Positions 52,684 to 62,045 of a stretch of DNA of 64,000 bases are shown here, piece by piece. Location of the stretch: positions 1,792,001 through 1,856,000 of the forward strand of contig OY769902.1 in NCBI GenBank assembly GCA_963669175.1, given 5' to 3'. Position numbers and translations under genes: made by a program. The notes under the pieces are model-generated. The model saw nothing but the letters and a program-made list of their open reading frames with translations. It was not told the DNA's origin and did no database searches. Origin of the DNA: a bacterium (GTDB lineage Bacteria > Electryoneota > Electryoneia > Electryoneales > Electryoneaceae). How positions within the stretch are numbered: the first letter of the stretch is position 1; every line of letters begins with the position of its first letter.

Positions 52684-52797
52684 ATGAAAGTACGCTCGTC
52701 AGTACGGAAAATGTGTGAGCACTGCAAGATTATCCGCCGCCGTGGTGTTGTGCGGGTGATTTGCAAGAACCCAAAGCATAAGCAGCGGCAGGGGTAA
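52684..52797 (+). CDS. rpmJ: 50S ribosomal protein L36; absent from the ORF track
   Basis: Hand translation [37 protein letters not shown]. Confidence 0.97.
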   Translation: MKVRSSVRKMCEHCKIIRRRGVVRVICKNPKHKQRQG

Positions 52798-52801
52798 AAC
52801 G

Positions 52802-53170
52802 ATGGCACGTATCGCCGGAGTCGATCTCCCTCGGGAAAAACGGACGGATATCGCGTTAACCTACATCTTTGGCATTGGCCGGACCAAGGCAACGCAGATT
52901 TGCGAAGCGACCGGTATTGACGGCAGCCGTAAGCTGAGTTCGCTTTCCGATCAGGAAGTCCGTGCAATCCGAGATGAGATCAACAACCATCATAAGGTCG
53001 AAGGACCGCTTCGTACCGAGATCCAGATGAACATCAAGCGTTTGATGGATATCGGTTGCTACCGCGGTCTGCGGCATCGCCGCGGCCTTCCCGTGCGGGG
53101 GCAGAATACGAAGAACAACGCCCGCACCCGCAAGGGCAAGAAAAGGGGCGCGGTCAAGAAGAAGAAGTAA
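52802..53170 (+). CDS. rpsM: 30S ribosomal protein S13
   Basis: [25 protein letters not shown]. Confidence 0.99.
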   Translation: MARIAGVDLPREKRTDIALTYIFGIGRTKATQICEATGIDGSRKLSSLSDQEVRAIRDEINNHHKVEGPLRTEIQMNIKRLMDIGCYRGLRHRRGLPVRGQNTKNNARTRKGKKRGAVKKKK

Positions 53171-53197
53171 GACCCGTAAAGAGTTGAGGTTGGCATA

Positions 53198-53587
53198 ATG
53201 GCTTCTCCAAAGAAGCGGACCACGAAGAAGAAAGAGAAGGTCGACGCCAATGGCTTGGCATTCATCCAGGCCAGTTTCAACAACACGATCATTTCGTTGA
53301 CGGATAATTACGGCAACGTGATATCGTGGTCGTCGGCCGGCCGCGTGGGCTTCAAAGGTTCCCGGAAGAACACGCCGTACGCAGCCACTCAGGCAGCGAC
53401 CAATGCGGCCAAGCAGGCGATGGACTTGGGCCTGCGTAAGGTACATGTACGAGTAAAAGGCCCGGGCGCCGGACGTGAAGCTTCCATTCGCGCCCTCCAG
53501 GCTGCTGGCCTGTCGATTGTGGCGATCCAAGACGTGACCCCGTTGCCACACAACGGGTGCCGTCCCAAGAAGCGTAGACGTGTGTAA
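53198..53587 (+). CDS. rpsK: 30S ribosomal protein S11
   Basis: [25 protein letters not shown]. Confidence 0.99.
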   Translation: MASPKKRTTKKKEKVDANGLAFIQASFNNTIISLTDNYGNVISWSSAGRVGFKGSRKNTPYAATQAATNAAKQAMDLGLRKVHVRVKGPGAGREASIRALQAAGLSIVAIQDVTPLPHNGCRPKKRRRV

Positions 53588-53598
53588 GGAAAGAACTC

Positions 53599-54228
53599 AT
53601 GGCTCGTTATACCGGACCAGTCTGTAAACTCTGTCGCCGTGAGGGACAGAAGCTGTATTTGAAGGGTGAACGGTGTTTCAGCCCGAAGTGCTCGTTCGAG
53701 CGTAAAGAGTATGCGCCAGGACAGCATGGTCAGGGACGTCGCCGCAAGATCTCAGAGTACGGCTTGCAGCTCCGTGAAAAGCAGAAGATCCGCCGTGTTT
53801 ACGGCCTGTTGGAAGCACAATTCCATAATTATTATGAGAAGGCTTCCCAGCAGAAGGGCGTTACCGGTGTCAACCTGTTGTCCATGCTGGAACGACGGTT
53901 GGACAACGTGGTCTTCCGCCTGGGCTTTGCCCCAAGTTTGCGGGCGGCACGCCAGCTCGTGCGGCATCGTCACTTTGCGGTCAATGGACGGACAGTAGAC
54001 ATCCCGTCCTTCATCCTGACCCCGGGTGATATCGTACAGGTTCGCGACAAATCGAAGAAACTGTCGATGATCCACGACAGCCTGCGCCGGGTCCGTGAGG
54101 GCAAGATGGTGCCCTACCTGGAACTGGACAAAGCACGCCTGATGGGCCGCCTGGCAGATATGCCGGGACGTGAAGACATGCCTATCGACGTCAATGAGCA
54201 GGCCGTGGTCGAGTTGTACTCGAAGTAG
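53599..54228 (+). CDS. rpsD: 30S ribosomal protein S4 (Cys-rich N-terminus)
   Basis: CKLCRRE..C..C, PGQHG, LERRLDNVV, VVELYSK. Confidence 0.99.
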   Translation: MARYTGPVCKLCRREGQKLYLKGERCFSPKCSFERKEYAPGQHGQGRRRKISEYGLQLREKQKIRRVYGLLEAQFHNYYEKASQQKGVTGVNLLSMLERRLDNVVFRLGFAPSLRAARQLVRHRHFAVNGRTVDIPSFILTPGDIVQVRDKSKKLSMIHDSLRRVREGKMVPYLELDKARLMGRLADMPGREDMPIDVNEQAVVELYSK

Positions 54229-54256
54229 TCGGCTGATCCCTAGTGCGGAGGTACAG

Positions 54257-55261
54257 GTGAATACCCTTAATTTCCAGATGCCTGAAACCATCGAGCTGGA
54301 TGAAGGTACCTATTGCGCTACGTACGGCAAATTCATCGTTCATCCATTGGAACGTGGCTTTGGCGTCACCGTAGGCAATTCCCTGCGGCGAGTGTTGCTC
54401 GCCAGTTTGCAGGGTGCCGGAATCTCGTCCGTTCGGGTGGAATGTGATCCGCCGGTACTGCATGAGTTCACAACCATCCCCGGTGTGACCGAGGATGTGG
54501 CGGAAATCGTTCTGAACCTGAAGGAAGTCCGGCTCAAGCTGCTCAACAAGCGGCCCGCCAAGGTGACCCTGGAACTGAATGAAGCTGGCGAATTTACCGC
54601 CGGAATGCTTCAGAAGAACAACACTGATTTTGAAGTCCTGAATCCGGATCACCATATCGCGTGGCTCAATGATGAGGCAAACTTCAGGATTGAGCTGAAT
54701 ATCAAGCGTGGACGTGGCTATCTGACCGCGGATGAAAACCGTGAGCCTGATATGCCCATCGGAACTATTCCGATTGATGCCATCTTCAGCCCTGTCCGGA
54801 ATGTTACCTATGATGTCGAAGCGACTCGTGTCGGCCAGCGTACCGACTATGAGAAGCTGATCCTTGAAATCTGGACCGACGGCAGCATTACACCCGATGA
54901 CGCGTTGTCACAGGCTGCACGTATTCTTCGTGACCATATCCAGCTTTTTATCAACTTCGATAACGCGGTTGAGGAAGAGCCGGAGCAGGAAATCGATGAA
55001 GAAGTGCTGCGCGTCCGCAAGCTGCTCAAGCAGCAGGTGAAAGTGTTGGATCTGAGCGTTCGCTCGGCGAATTGCCTGAAGGAAGCGCAGATCTACACCG
55101 TTGCCGACCTGGTAAAGCACTCGGAAGAAGAGATGCTGAAGTTTAAGAATTTCGGTCGGAAATCCTATGTCGAGCTGCAGGAAGTGCTGCAGGACAAGGG
55201 ACTGGAATTCGGCATGGACATCGAGAAATACCTCGGCGAAGCAGCTTCGAGCGAGGAGTAG
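54257..55261 (+). CDS. rpoA: RNA polymerase alpha subunit
   Basis: PLERGFGVTVGNSLRRVLL, DAIFSPV, LSVRSANCL, NFGRKS; GGAGG SD and GTG 54257. Confidence 0.99.
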   Translation: MNTLNFQMPETIELDEGTYCATYGKFIVHPLERGFGVTVGNSLRRVLLASLQGAGISSVRVECDPPVLHEFTTIPGVTEDVAEIVLNLKEVRLKLLNKRPAKVTLELNEAGEFTAGMLQKNNTDFEVLNPDHHIAWLNDEANFRIELNIKRGRGYLTADENREPDMPIGTIPIDAIFSPVRNVTYDVEATRVGQRTDYEKLILEIWTDGSITPDDALSQAARILRDHIQLFINFDNAVEEEPEQEIDEEVLRVRKLLKQQVKVLDLSVRSANCLKEAQIYTVADLVKHSEEEMLKFKNFGRKSYVELQEVLQDKGLEFGMDIEKYLGEAASSEE

Positions 55262-55343
55262 GTTACAGCGGAGAAGTCTGCTGGTACCGTTCTGAACGTC
55301 CGGAACGGAGAAACGACCCCGAAGACGGGGATGGGAGTGTATC

Positions 55344-56012
55344 GTGCGTCACCGCAAGCATAACGTAGGCCTGAATCGCACCCGGCAGCATCGCCGGGCA
55401 CTGTTGGCGAACCTGGCCAGCGCTCTGTTTACTCATAAGAAGATCGTTACCACTCTGCCGAAGGCCAAAGCGGCACGTTCCTATGCAGAACGGTTGATCA
55501 CATTTGCTCGGAAGGGTGATTTGGCAGCACGGCGTCATGTCCTGCGCAAGATTACCAACAAGACAGTGGTCAAGGAACTGTTCGATGAGATCGGCCCGAA
55601 GTTCCGTGAGCGCAACGGTGGCTATACCCGTATTATCCAGATGGACAACCGGGTTGGCGACAACGCTCCCATGGCGATCCTCGAGTTGGTAGGCTTCTCA
55701 GCCGATGATCTGTCCACAGGCAAAAAGGGCAAGAAAAAGCGCCCGGCAGCCAAAAAGACAGACACCAAAAAGGCTGCACCGAAGAAAACAGAGCCGAAGA
55801 AGGAAGCGAAAGTAGAAGCCGCAGAAGAAAAAGCGGAAGAAGCTGTCGTGGAAGCACCAGTAGAAGCGGAAGCCCCGGCTGAAGAAGTCAAGGTGGAAGA
55901 AGCCCCTGCTGAAGAAGAAAAGCAGGAAGCGGCTGCTGAAGAAGCTCCGGCGGAAGAAGCGCCAGCCGAAGAAGCACCGGCTGAAGGTGAAGAAGAGGAA
56001 AAGAAAGAGTAA
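55344..56012 (+). CDS. rplQ: 50S ribosomal protein L17 with a ~100-aa Lys-rich then Glu/Ala/Pro-rich tail
   Basis: [27 protein letters not shown]. Confidence 0.97.
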   Translation: MRHRKHNVGLNRTRQHRRALLANLASALFTHKKIVTTLPKAKAARSYAERLITFARKGDLAARRHVLRKITNKTVVKELFDEIGPKFRERNGGYTRIIQMDNRVGDNAPMAILELVGFSADDLSTGKKGKKKRPAAKKTDTKKAAPKKTEPKKEAKVEAAEEKAEEAVVEAPVEAEAPAEEVKVEEAPAEEEKQEAAAEEAPAEEAPAEEAPAEGEEEEKKE

Positions 56013-56038
56013 TCCTCGGTTCACAGCTATGCAATTCC

Positions 56039-56068
56039 ACCCCCAGGTCACTTGGCTTGGGGGTTTTT
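56039..56068 (+). terminator. Intrinsic terminator ending the alpha operon
   Basis: ACCCCCAGGTCA/TGGCTTGGGGGT followed by TTTT. Confidence 0.8.
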
Positions 56069-56081
56069 GCATTTCGATCCC

Positions 56082-57110
56082 TCACTTCTTTCGGGAACTA
56101 CCCTTTCGTCTTGCGTTTCTGAACATTCGCATACAGTTAAGAGAAAATGGAGAATATGTATACATGTCATAGGATTCATTCATCGCATTTCTAATTCCTT
56201 CATCACCTCTAAATAATGTAGCAGTAGATATGCCTTCGTTATAAAGCATCTTTAATAGATTACTTACGTGTTGGTATGATAATGTAAACTTTGTTATCCT
56301 GTTCCCCGCTTTTATCACTTGTCTATTAAGAGGGTTTCGTATTTCTGTTATGGTACTTCCACTCAAAGTAAAAAGTCCTTTCTGAATTCTTAGATTGTCA
56401 TTAAACAATAATGGCGGCGACAATACTTGTTTATCTTCTAACCTATATCTATCAATGCACCAAACTGCAATCTTGTTTGATTCCATAAATTTTTTTCGTT
56501 TTTCAGTGTCAGCATCTTTTCCTTTCACACTTTCCCAAAAAAGGGACATTTCAGTAATAGCTCCCCTTGCCGCGAAAAAAGCAGCTATTTCACTCGATTT
56601 TGTCCAATCTAATAACCTAGTTGGAAGCTTTGCGTGTTGGACGTAAGCCATTAATTTAATAGTGTTTTCGTTATGTAATGTTTGTGTATATTCGTAATAA
56701 TCTTCTTTAATATATTTTGCTGAAGTATAAGTCGGAATCTCATTTGACATTTTTATTGCTACATTTATCATCTCGGATGTGATACCTGGAAGATCTAATC
56801 CTTGATCATAGGCGTAGTTTAAAAAACGATAGAGTATTGCAAGTTCCAATACTTCAATATCTTCGTCATCAAGAACTTCCTCTGGATTACCAAGACTTGT
56901 ATTGGCATACCAAAGAAGCATCTCTTCAGAATTCTCTCTTACTATTGCCGGTATCAAATCCCATTCTGCTTTACCCTGACCTCTAAATATTGCACCTTTA
57001 GGATCAGGCATTTCAGTTCGTAAAAAATATCGTCTACAAATATTGTGTAGGAAATCTTTTGCATTCTCTGATTCTGCTACTACAACACCACTTTCTCTTG
57101 TAATAGTCAT
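56082..57110 (-). CDS. FRG-domain protein
   Basis: IFRGQ..W.L.P, QH..LPTRLLDWT....AAFFA, N...QKGLFT, C-terminal L...GI....LF; strongly AT-rich; GAGG SD. Confidence 0.88.
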   Translation of the reverse strand: MTITRESGVVVAESENAKDFLHNICRRYFLRTEMPDPKGAIFRGQGKAEWDLIPAIVRENSEEMLLWYANTSLGNPEEVLDDEDIEVLELAILYRFLNYAYDQGLDLPGITSEMINVAIKMSNEIPTYTSAKYIKEDYYEYTQTLHNENTIKLMAYVQHAKLPTRLLDWTKSSEIAAFFAARGAITEMSLFWESVKGKDADTEKRKKFMESNKIAVWCIDRYRLEDKQVLSPPLLFNDNLRIQKGLFTLSGSTITEIRNPLNRQVIKAGNRITKFTLSYQHVSNLLKMLYNEGISTATLFRGDEGIRNAMNESYDMYTYSPFSLNCMRMFRNARRKGSSRKK

Positions 57111-57464
57111 AATAACCTCGTGGTAACATCATGAATTTTTGTTGGAGTTGTGTTCTGTTGTAGTCTTGATAGAAAGCTAAATTGCCACTAGATAGGAGTC
57201 AACAACCTCGATAAACAATGTTTTATTATGCTTAATTTATTCTTGTGATCCGAATCATCGCTAGAACTAAGTACCTGAGAAAAATGAGAAGAAGGCAAAA
57301 AAATATTCATAAGCTGTATGTGCGCCATTGTACATAACATGCGCTCTGTCATGTGAGTAAAAAAGAATAACGACATTCTAGTGTCCTTGATAGTAATTCT
57401 TTGTTTTCCGATATTGTACTTGGTTTAGTAGATCTGGTAAGCACTAATTTCAGGAGTGAATACG

Positions 57465-57671
57465 ATGACTGAATTGGAAAAACAAAACATCAGGTTGGAA
57501 GCATTCTATGAAATCGCTGATTTCCTTGATAGTGAAGCTAATACCATGGAAGCTCCAAGCCCGGAAACAAGTGAAGAAACAAATTTAAGAACGATGGCTG
57601 TCGGTGAAAGCTTAAGATTATATGCTGCTGTTATTAGAGAATTCGATAGGCATAAGCTCGGCTTAAACTAG
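57465..57671 (+). CDS. Hypothetical 68-aa helical microprotein (paralog A)
   Basis: AGGAG SD 8 nt before ATG; gapless similarity to 58049-58258. Confidence 0.75.
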   Translation: MTELEKQNIRLEAFYEIADFLDSEANTMEAPSPETSEETNLRTMAVGESLRLYAAVIREFDRHKLGLN

Positions 57672-57702
57672 TGTTAATACACTGTAATCAAGGAGGTTGT
57701 AC

Positions 57703-57948
57703 ATGTCTAAATTTGAAGTGTTCCATGTCTATTTCTTAGATAGAGATAATCAGGGAGCAGTCATTGCGTCATACGAATCAGATATGCCCATCCCGGTACC
57801 ACGTGTCGGTGAAACCGTTGATCTTTGGATTGAAGAAAAAGGTGCTTCTTTTATTGTTGAAAAGGTTAGGTATAAGCTCCGTGATTCCATTCATAGCCAC
57901 TATACATACGTGATATTAAAAGACCTTGACACTCTTCCGTTTGGCTAA
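57703..57948 (+). CDS. Hypothetical 81-aa beta-rich microprotein
   Basis: AAGGAGG SD; PVPRVGETVDL...FIVEKVRY pattern. Confidence 0.72.
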   Translation: MSKFEVFHVYFLDRDNQGAVIASYESDMPIPVPRVGETVDLWIEEKGASFIVEKVRYKLRDSIHSHYTYVILKDLDTLPFG

Positions 57949-58048
57949 GAATCATAGGCCAATATCATATCTATTTGCAGGGCAATTGCATTATCAATTG
58001 TTGCTGATTGGGTATACAGTGTTTCATAAACACCATCGGAGGATAAAT

Positions 58049-58258
58049 ATGTCCGAGAAAACACACGGTCAAATCCGTCAGGAAGTACGAGAAGAAACAT
58101 TGAATGAAATAGCAGATTGGCTTTTTGAGCAAGCTGAAAATACGAAAAAGGTAAGCGAGGAATGGTCAAAAGTAGCCAGAGACAAGGAAATGACAGTTGC
58201 AAATGCACTTCATGTTGCTGGTGCTATCATCAGAAAATTTGATTTACATAAGATCTGA
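58049..58258 (+). CDS. Hypothetical 69-aa helical microprotein (paralog B)
   Basis: GGAGG SD before ATG 58049; gapless similarity to 57465-57671. Confidence 0.75.
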   Translation: MSEKTHGQIRQEVREETLNEIADWLFEQAENTKKVSEEWSKVARDKEMTVANALHVAGAIIRKFDLHKI

Positions 58259-58282
58259 CTTGTGCTGCCTCTAAAAATTGTA

Positions 58283-59248
58283 TTAGTTCTCCACCTTCTT
58301 CATATACCAGTACATCGTTTTGGTGCTGGTAATACCGAAGATGCCGAGGCCGCCTTCCACGTTAGATTCGGGGCGTGATGTGGTTGTGGGAGGGCCGAAA
58401 GTCATGGACGTAAAGGCGTATTTATACAGTTCCTCCGACGCTGCCAGTACATCGACACGGTGTGGACCGACCCATTGGAAAAGAATCCAGTAGAGGTCCA
58501 GCGCACGTTGATAGCCTGGGAGGATGCCTGCGATAGCGCGTCCCTTGTCTTCCGGTTCGATCTCGTCCTCGTCAGCGTCCGGGTCGAGGTATTCCAGGCT
58601 CATTGTATCTGTCAACGCGATCACAGTGTACAGGTAACCGCCGGAAAACGCCGATTCACCCCATCGAATGTTCACGATGGGATCATCTCGCGTGAAAACG
58701 GGTAGAAAAGTGTCCGAATCAAGCGCCGGGACAGCAACACCTTCGTGGATGAAAAAGGGATTCAGCGGATCGCTGTGATCAAAATGGATGGACGTGTCAT
58801 TAACCGTAATAGCGTCATTTCCCACCGTAAAACTGAACGTATCCGGGGCGGTGGTTTCGGCTGCAAGGTGAACATTCTCCGCATCCTGCTGCACCTCGAT
58901 ACGATACCGTACACCACCTTCAATGATATACTGCGTAGCCAACGGCTGGTACAGCCCTGAGTCTACATGGCTGTAATGCAGCGTGTCCCAATGGGTGGCA
59001 TTGCCATCTATCGGAAACATGACGATTTCCGCATCCGGGATGCCTGCCTGGCCCAGGTCGTAATAGGTTTCGATATCCTTCCAGACACGTTCCAGCCATA
59101 CTTCCCCTGCAGGTTGACCGGTTTCCATATAGGCTGTCAGCACTGGTTCCGCGATGTAGTCGCTGACTTCGGTGGGATTGGAATCGCAACCGGTTAAAAG
59201 GATGAAGATTAGCAGGGGGATCGACAATGCAACCAATTTCGGAATCAC
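58283..59248 (-). CDS. DUF4249-like lipoprotein partnering the TonB-dependent receptor (alternative in-frame start at 59521)
   Basis: Lipobox LLTG-C, G.Y...Y.I.V, AETTAP, SNVEGGLGIFG; downstream of the TBDR. Confidence 0.8.
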   Translation of the reverse strand: MIPKLVALSIPLLIFILLTGCDSNPTEVSDYIAEPVLTAYMETGQPAGEVWLERVWKDIETYYDLGQAGIPDAEIVMFPIDGNATHWDTLHYSHVDSGLYQPLATQYIIEGGVRYRIEVQQDAENVHLAAETTAPDTFSFTVGNDAITVNDTSIHFDHSDPLNPFFIHEGVAVPALDSDTFLPVFTRDDPIVNIRWGESAFSGGYLYTVIALTDTMSLEYLDPDADEDEIEPEDKGRAIAGILPGYQRALDLYWILFQWVGPHRVDVLAASEELYKYAFTSMTFGPPTTTSRPESNVEGGLGIFGITSTKTMYWYMKKVEN

Positions 59249-59254
59249 GGACTT

Positions 59255-59404
59255 TTCATCCCCACGCAGGTGGGGATCCAGGCATGTTGCTATGCCACAA
59301 CAGATTACATCTTCTCGAGGTGCACGGTGCATTGAAAAAAGGTATGAAATCAAGCATCTGATACTGTCGATACTTGCCTGGATTCCCATCTTCATGGGAA
59401 TGAA
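59255..59404. repeat. 150-bp RPE/REP-like element (two inverted palindromic units)
   Basis: TCATCCCCACGCAGGTGGGGATCCAGGCA ... TGCCTGGATTCCCATCTTCATGGGAATGA. Confidence 0.8.
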
Positions 59405-59426
59405 TCCTGCGCGCATAGTATCAGTT

Positions 59427-59471
59427 CCGTCAGGTCTTGCGTGCGCGTTGTTTGCACGTGTGACCTGACGG
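59427..59471. repeat. Second palindromic element
   Basis: CCGTCAGGTC..CGTGC..GCACG..GACCTGACGG. Confidence 0.6.
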
Positions 59472-59521
59472 TTAGCGCCAATCATCATCGAAGTGGTATG
59501 CTTGCATGTATTGATCTTCAT

Positions 59522-61834
59522 CTACCACCTCACCTCGTAGCCCAGCAGTGGCAGGATGGGCAGGAGACGGATATCCCGCACCTCGACCGGGTTTTTATCG
59601 GTGTCATAGAAGCGCGCCCAGTGCGAGCGACGTGAATAGGCATTGTACACGGACAGCACTGCTTTGGCATCCAATCCGAAAAGGGTATGATCGTAGGTCA
59701 GGTTGATATCCAGACGGTGATCCGCGGGCAGACGATAGTTGTTCTCCAACCCTTTGTGAATCCAACGGCTGCCCCTGGCCGAATATTCGGGATCAATGCC
59801 CGGCCAGCGTTTGGTGTACAATCCGAGCGCTCGTGTGTATCCCTGTCCTGTGTTGTAGCGGAATTGGGTGGAAACGTGCCAATGTTTGCTGATCTTGTAG
59901 TTAAAGATGGCGACAAGGTCATGCCTGCGGTCCCATTTGGGATAGAACCATTCGCCGCTATTGTAATAGGTGCCGGGAAAACGGTATTTCACCCAGGAGA
60001 GTGAGTAGCCCAACCACCCGGTCCAGCGTCCGAATTTCCGCTGCAGCATCCACTCGAACCCGTACGCGTATCCTTCACCCTGGATATAGGCGTCAGAAGC
60101 GCTTTGCCCCGCATCAATAGTGGTATTGTAGGTGACGATATTGTGCATGTCATTGTAGTAGCCTTCTACCGTAAACTCGTACGCTTCCCCCGGATCGAAT
60201 TCAAAGCCAAGCACATAGTGATACAAATAGGTCGGATCAAGGCTGCCGTCATTTGGGGTCCAGATATCAAGGAAATTCACCCCTTCCCCGAATGTGATTA
60301 CGTTGATCCATTGGGTGTAACGTCCCGTGGCGAACTTGAACCGTGTCTGTTCGTTGTAGTGATAGACCAGCGCGAATCGTGGGTCCAGGCGGACATATTC
60401 ACCGGCGTCATGATAGTACAGGCGAATGCCAGTATTGGTCTCGAACTGGGGATGGAAACGCCAGTCATCTTGTAAATACCAGGACCCGTTCCACGCGGTT
60501 GAATCGACATCGATATAATACACTTCGTCATTACGCTGCTCGAATGCGGTACGGTAATGATTGTATTGCAGACCGGATTTTATATGGTGTCCCTTTCCGG
60601 GATTGCACTCAAGGTCACTACGTAGTGACGCTTCACGAAAGAGGCTACGGAACCGTCCCATCTGGGCGCCTTCATTCATGACCCCGTTGCCGCTCTGGTA
60701 CAGGCTATAGGTGCCACTGACAGTCAGGAACATGGAGCCGGACAAGACATGACGCAGGCGGGAGGAAAGGGTTTTATTTCCCCAATAGGTGTCTACGATC
60801 AGCTTGCTGTCCGCCGGACCGAAGTTGGCGTTCAGGTTGTCAAACCCGGTGTAGCCACCAATGGTCAGGGTGGTGGACGGCGAGAAATCCCAGTTGATCT
60901 TGGCGTTGGCGTCATAAAAGTAATAGTCCGGAAGGTCGGCAAAATCCGGGCTTTGTTTAAGGATGCTGATGATCGGTTCAAGATAGGTGCGTCGGCCGGA
61001 AACCGCGTAGCTGCCGTTTTCATTCGGCAATGGACCTTCGATTGCCAACCGTGCAGAGATCACACTGGCAGAGGCCAATCCTTCACATTTTTTCCGGTTG
61101 CCCTCTTTGGTCACCACATCAAGCACACTACCCGCACGTCCGCCATATTCCGCAGGAAACCCACCCTTGATCAGCTCGAGGTGCTTTACAGCGTCCGCGT
61201 TAAACGTGCTGAACAGGCCGAACAGGTGTGAAGGGTTGTAAACCGCGCTCTGGTCCATTTGGATCAGGGTCATGTCGCTGCTGCCGCCACGGACATACAA
61301 TGCGCTGGATAATTCCGAGGAAGCTTTCACACCGGGGATAGCCTGGAGCGCACGCATGAGGTCCATCTCAGCGCCCAGCGAAGGCAGCGTGCGGACGGTT
61401 GCGCCATCGACAGGTATCGTAGACACACGTGTGCTTTTACGTGTATTATCGCCCTGATCCACAGTCACCACAACTTCTTCCAGTGCAATCGAAGCAGGCA
61501 TCAGCTCAATTCGAAGCGGGTCCATGATCTCGTCGGAAAGCCTGATCTCCACTTCAGCCGTATGATAGCCCAGGTGACTCACCTGCAGGGTATACTTTCC
61601 GGGCAGGAAGCCGGGAATGGAGAAATAGCCGTCCAGATTGGTTGCATCACCACGGTTCTGCTGGGGAATCAGAACAGACGTGGCAGGAAGAGGTTCACCG
61701 GACGTGGCGTCAAGAACAAAGCCACGTATGGGCATAGCGCCGGAAGGCATACTGACCCAGAACAGGCAGAGAATGCTTGCCAGTATGATCCATCGAGAGG
61801 GGAGAAGATGCCGTGTGCCGGATGCTGAATACAT
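59522..61834 (-). CDS. TonB-dependent receptor with an N-terminal carboxypeptidase-regulatory-like domain
   Basis: Signal peptide, GFVLDATSGEPL..TNLDGYF, plug LQAIPGV..YVRGG..HLFGLFS..KGGFPAEYGGR, HRLD, terminal aromatic W. Confidence 0.93.
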   Translation of the reverse strand: MYSASGTRHLLPSRWIILASILCLFWVSMPSGAMPIRGFVLDATSGEPLPATSVLIPQQNRGDATNLDGYFSIPGFLPGKYTLQVSHLGYHTAEVEIRLSDEIMDPLRIELMPASIALEEVVVTVDQGDNTRKSTRVSTIPVDGATVRTLPSLGAEMDLMRALQAIPGVKASSELSSALYVRGGSSDMTLIQMDQSAVYNPSHLFGLFSTFNADAVKHLELIKGGFPAEYGGRAGSVLDVVTKEGNRKKCEGLASASVISARLAIEGPLPNENGSYAVSGRRTYLEPIISILKQSPDFADLPDYYFYDANAKINWDFSPSTTLTIGGYTGFDNLNANFGPADSKLIVDTYWGNKTLSSRLRHVLSGSMFLTVSGTYSLYQSGNGVMNEGAQMGRFRSLFREASLRSDLECNPGKGHHIKSGLQYNHYRTAFEQRNDEVYYIDVDSTAWNGSWYLQDDWRFHPQFETNTGIRLYYHDAGEYVRLDPRFALVYHYNEQTRFKFATGRYTQWINVITFGEGVNFLDIWTPNDGSLDPTYLYHYVLGFEFDPGEAYEFTVEGYYNDMHNIVTYNTTIDAGQSASDAYIQGEGYAYGFEWMLQRKFGRWTGWLGYSLSWVKYRFPGTYYNSGEWFYPKWDRRHDLVAIFNYKISKHWHVSTQFRYNTGQGYTRALGLYTKRWPGIDPEYSARGSRWIHKGLENNYRLPADHRLDINLTYDHTLFGLDAKAVLSVYNAYSRRSHWARFYDTDKNPVEVRDIRLLPILPLLGYEVRW

Positions 61835-61972
61835 GTATTGCCTCCAGCCCTAAAAGTACACGTAAGACGCTTGTTGAGCAACTTGCCCAAATGCCATACC
61901 CATTGAAAAGAAGCAATAGTATACAACATCATTTCGCGTTTTTCGTGTAGGCCTCTCGGTAGCGCTGTAGCT

Positions 61973-61996
61973 TCTCCTCAACATCTCCTAACACTT
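61973..61996 (+). promoter_or_regulatory. Possible pho-box-like direct repeat upstream of pstS
   Basis: TCTCCTCAACA-TCTCCTAACA, ~11-bp period, ~55 nt before the ATG. Confidence 0.3.
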
Positions 61997-62045
61997 GCCG
62001 AATACACTTCACCGTGGAAACGTGGACTTGTAACTCGGAGCCGTT

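Noticed and set aside
20527-55891. Many long antisense ORFs opposite tuf, rpoBC, fusA and r-protein genes
   Set aside because: Shadow ORFs caused by codon bias of highly expressed genes.
56082-58280. Integron cassette array or prophage explanation for the AT-rich islet
   Set aside because: No convincing attC sites, integrase, att direct repeats or structural genes are visible.
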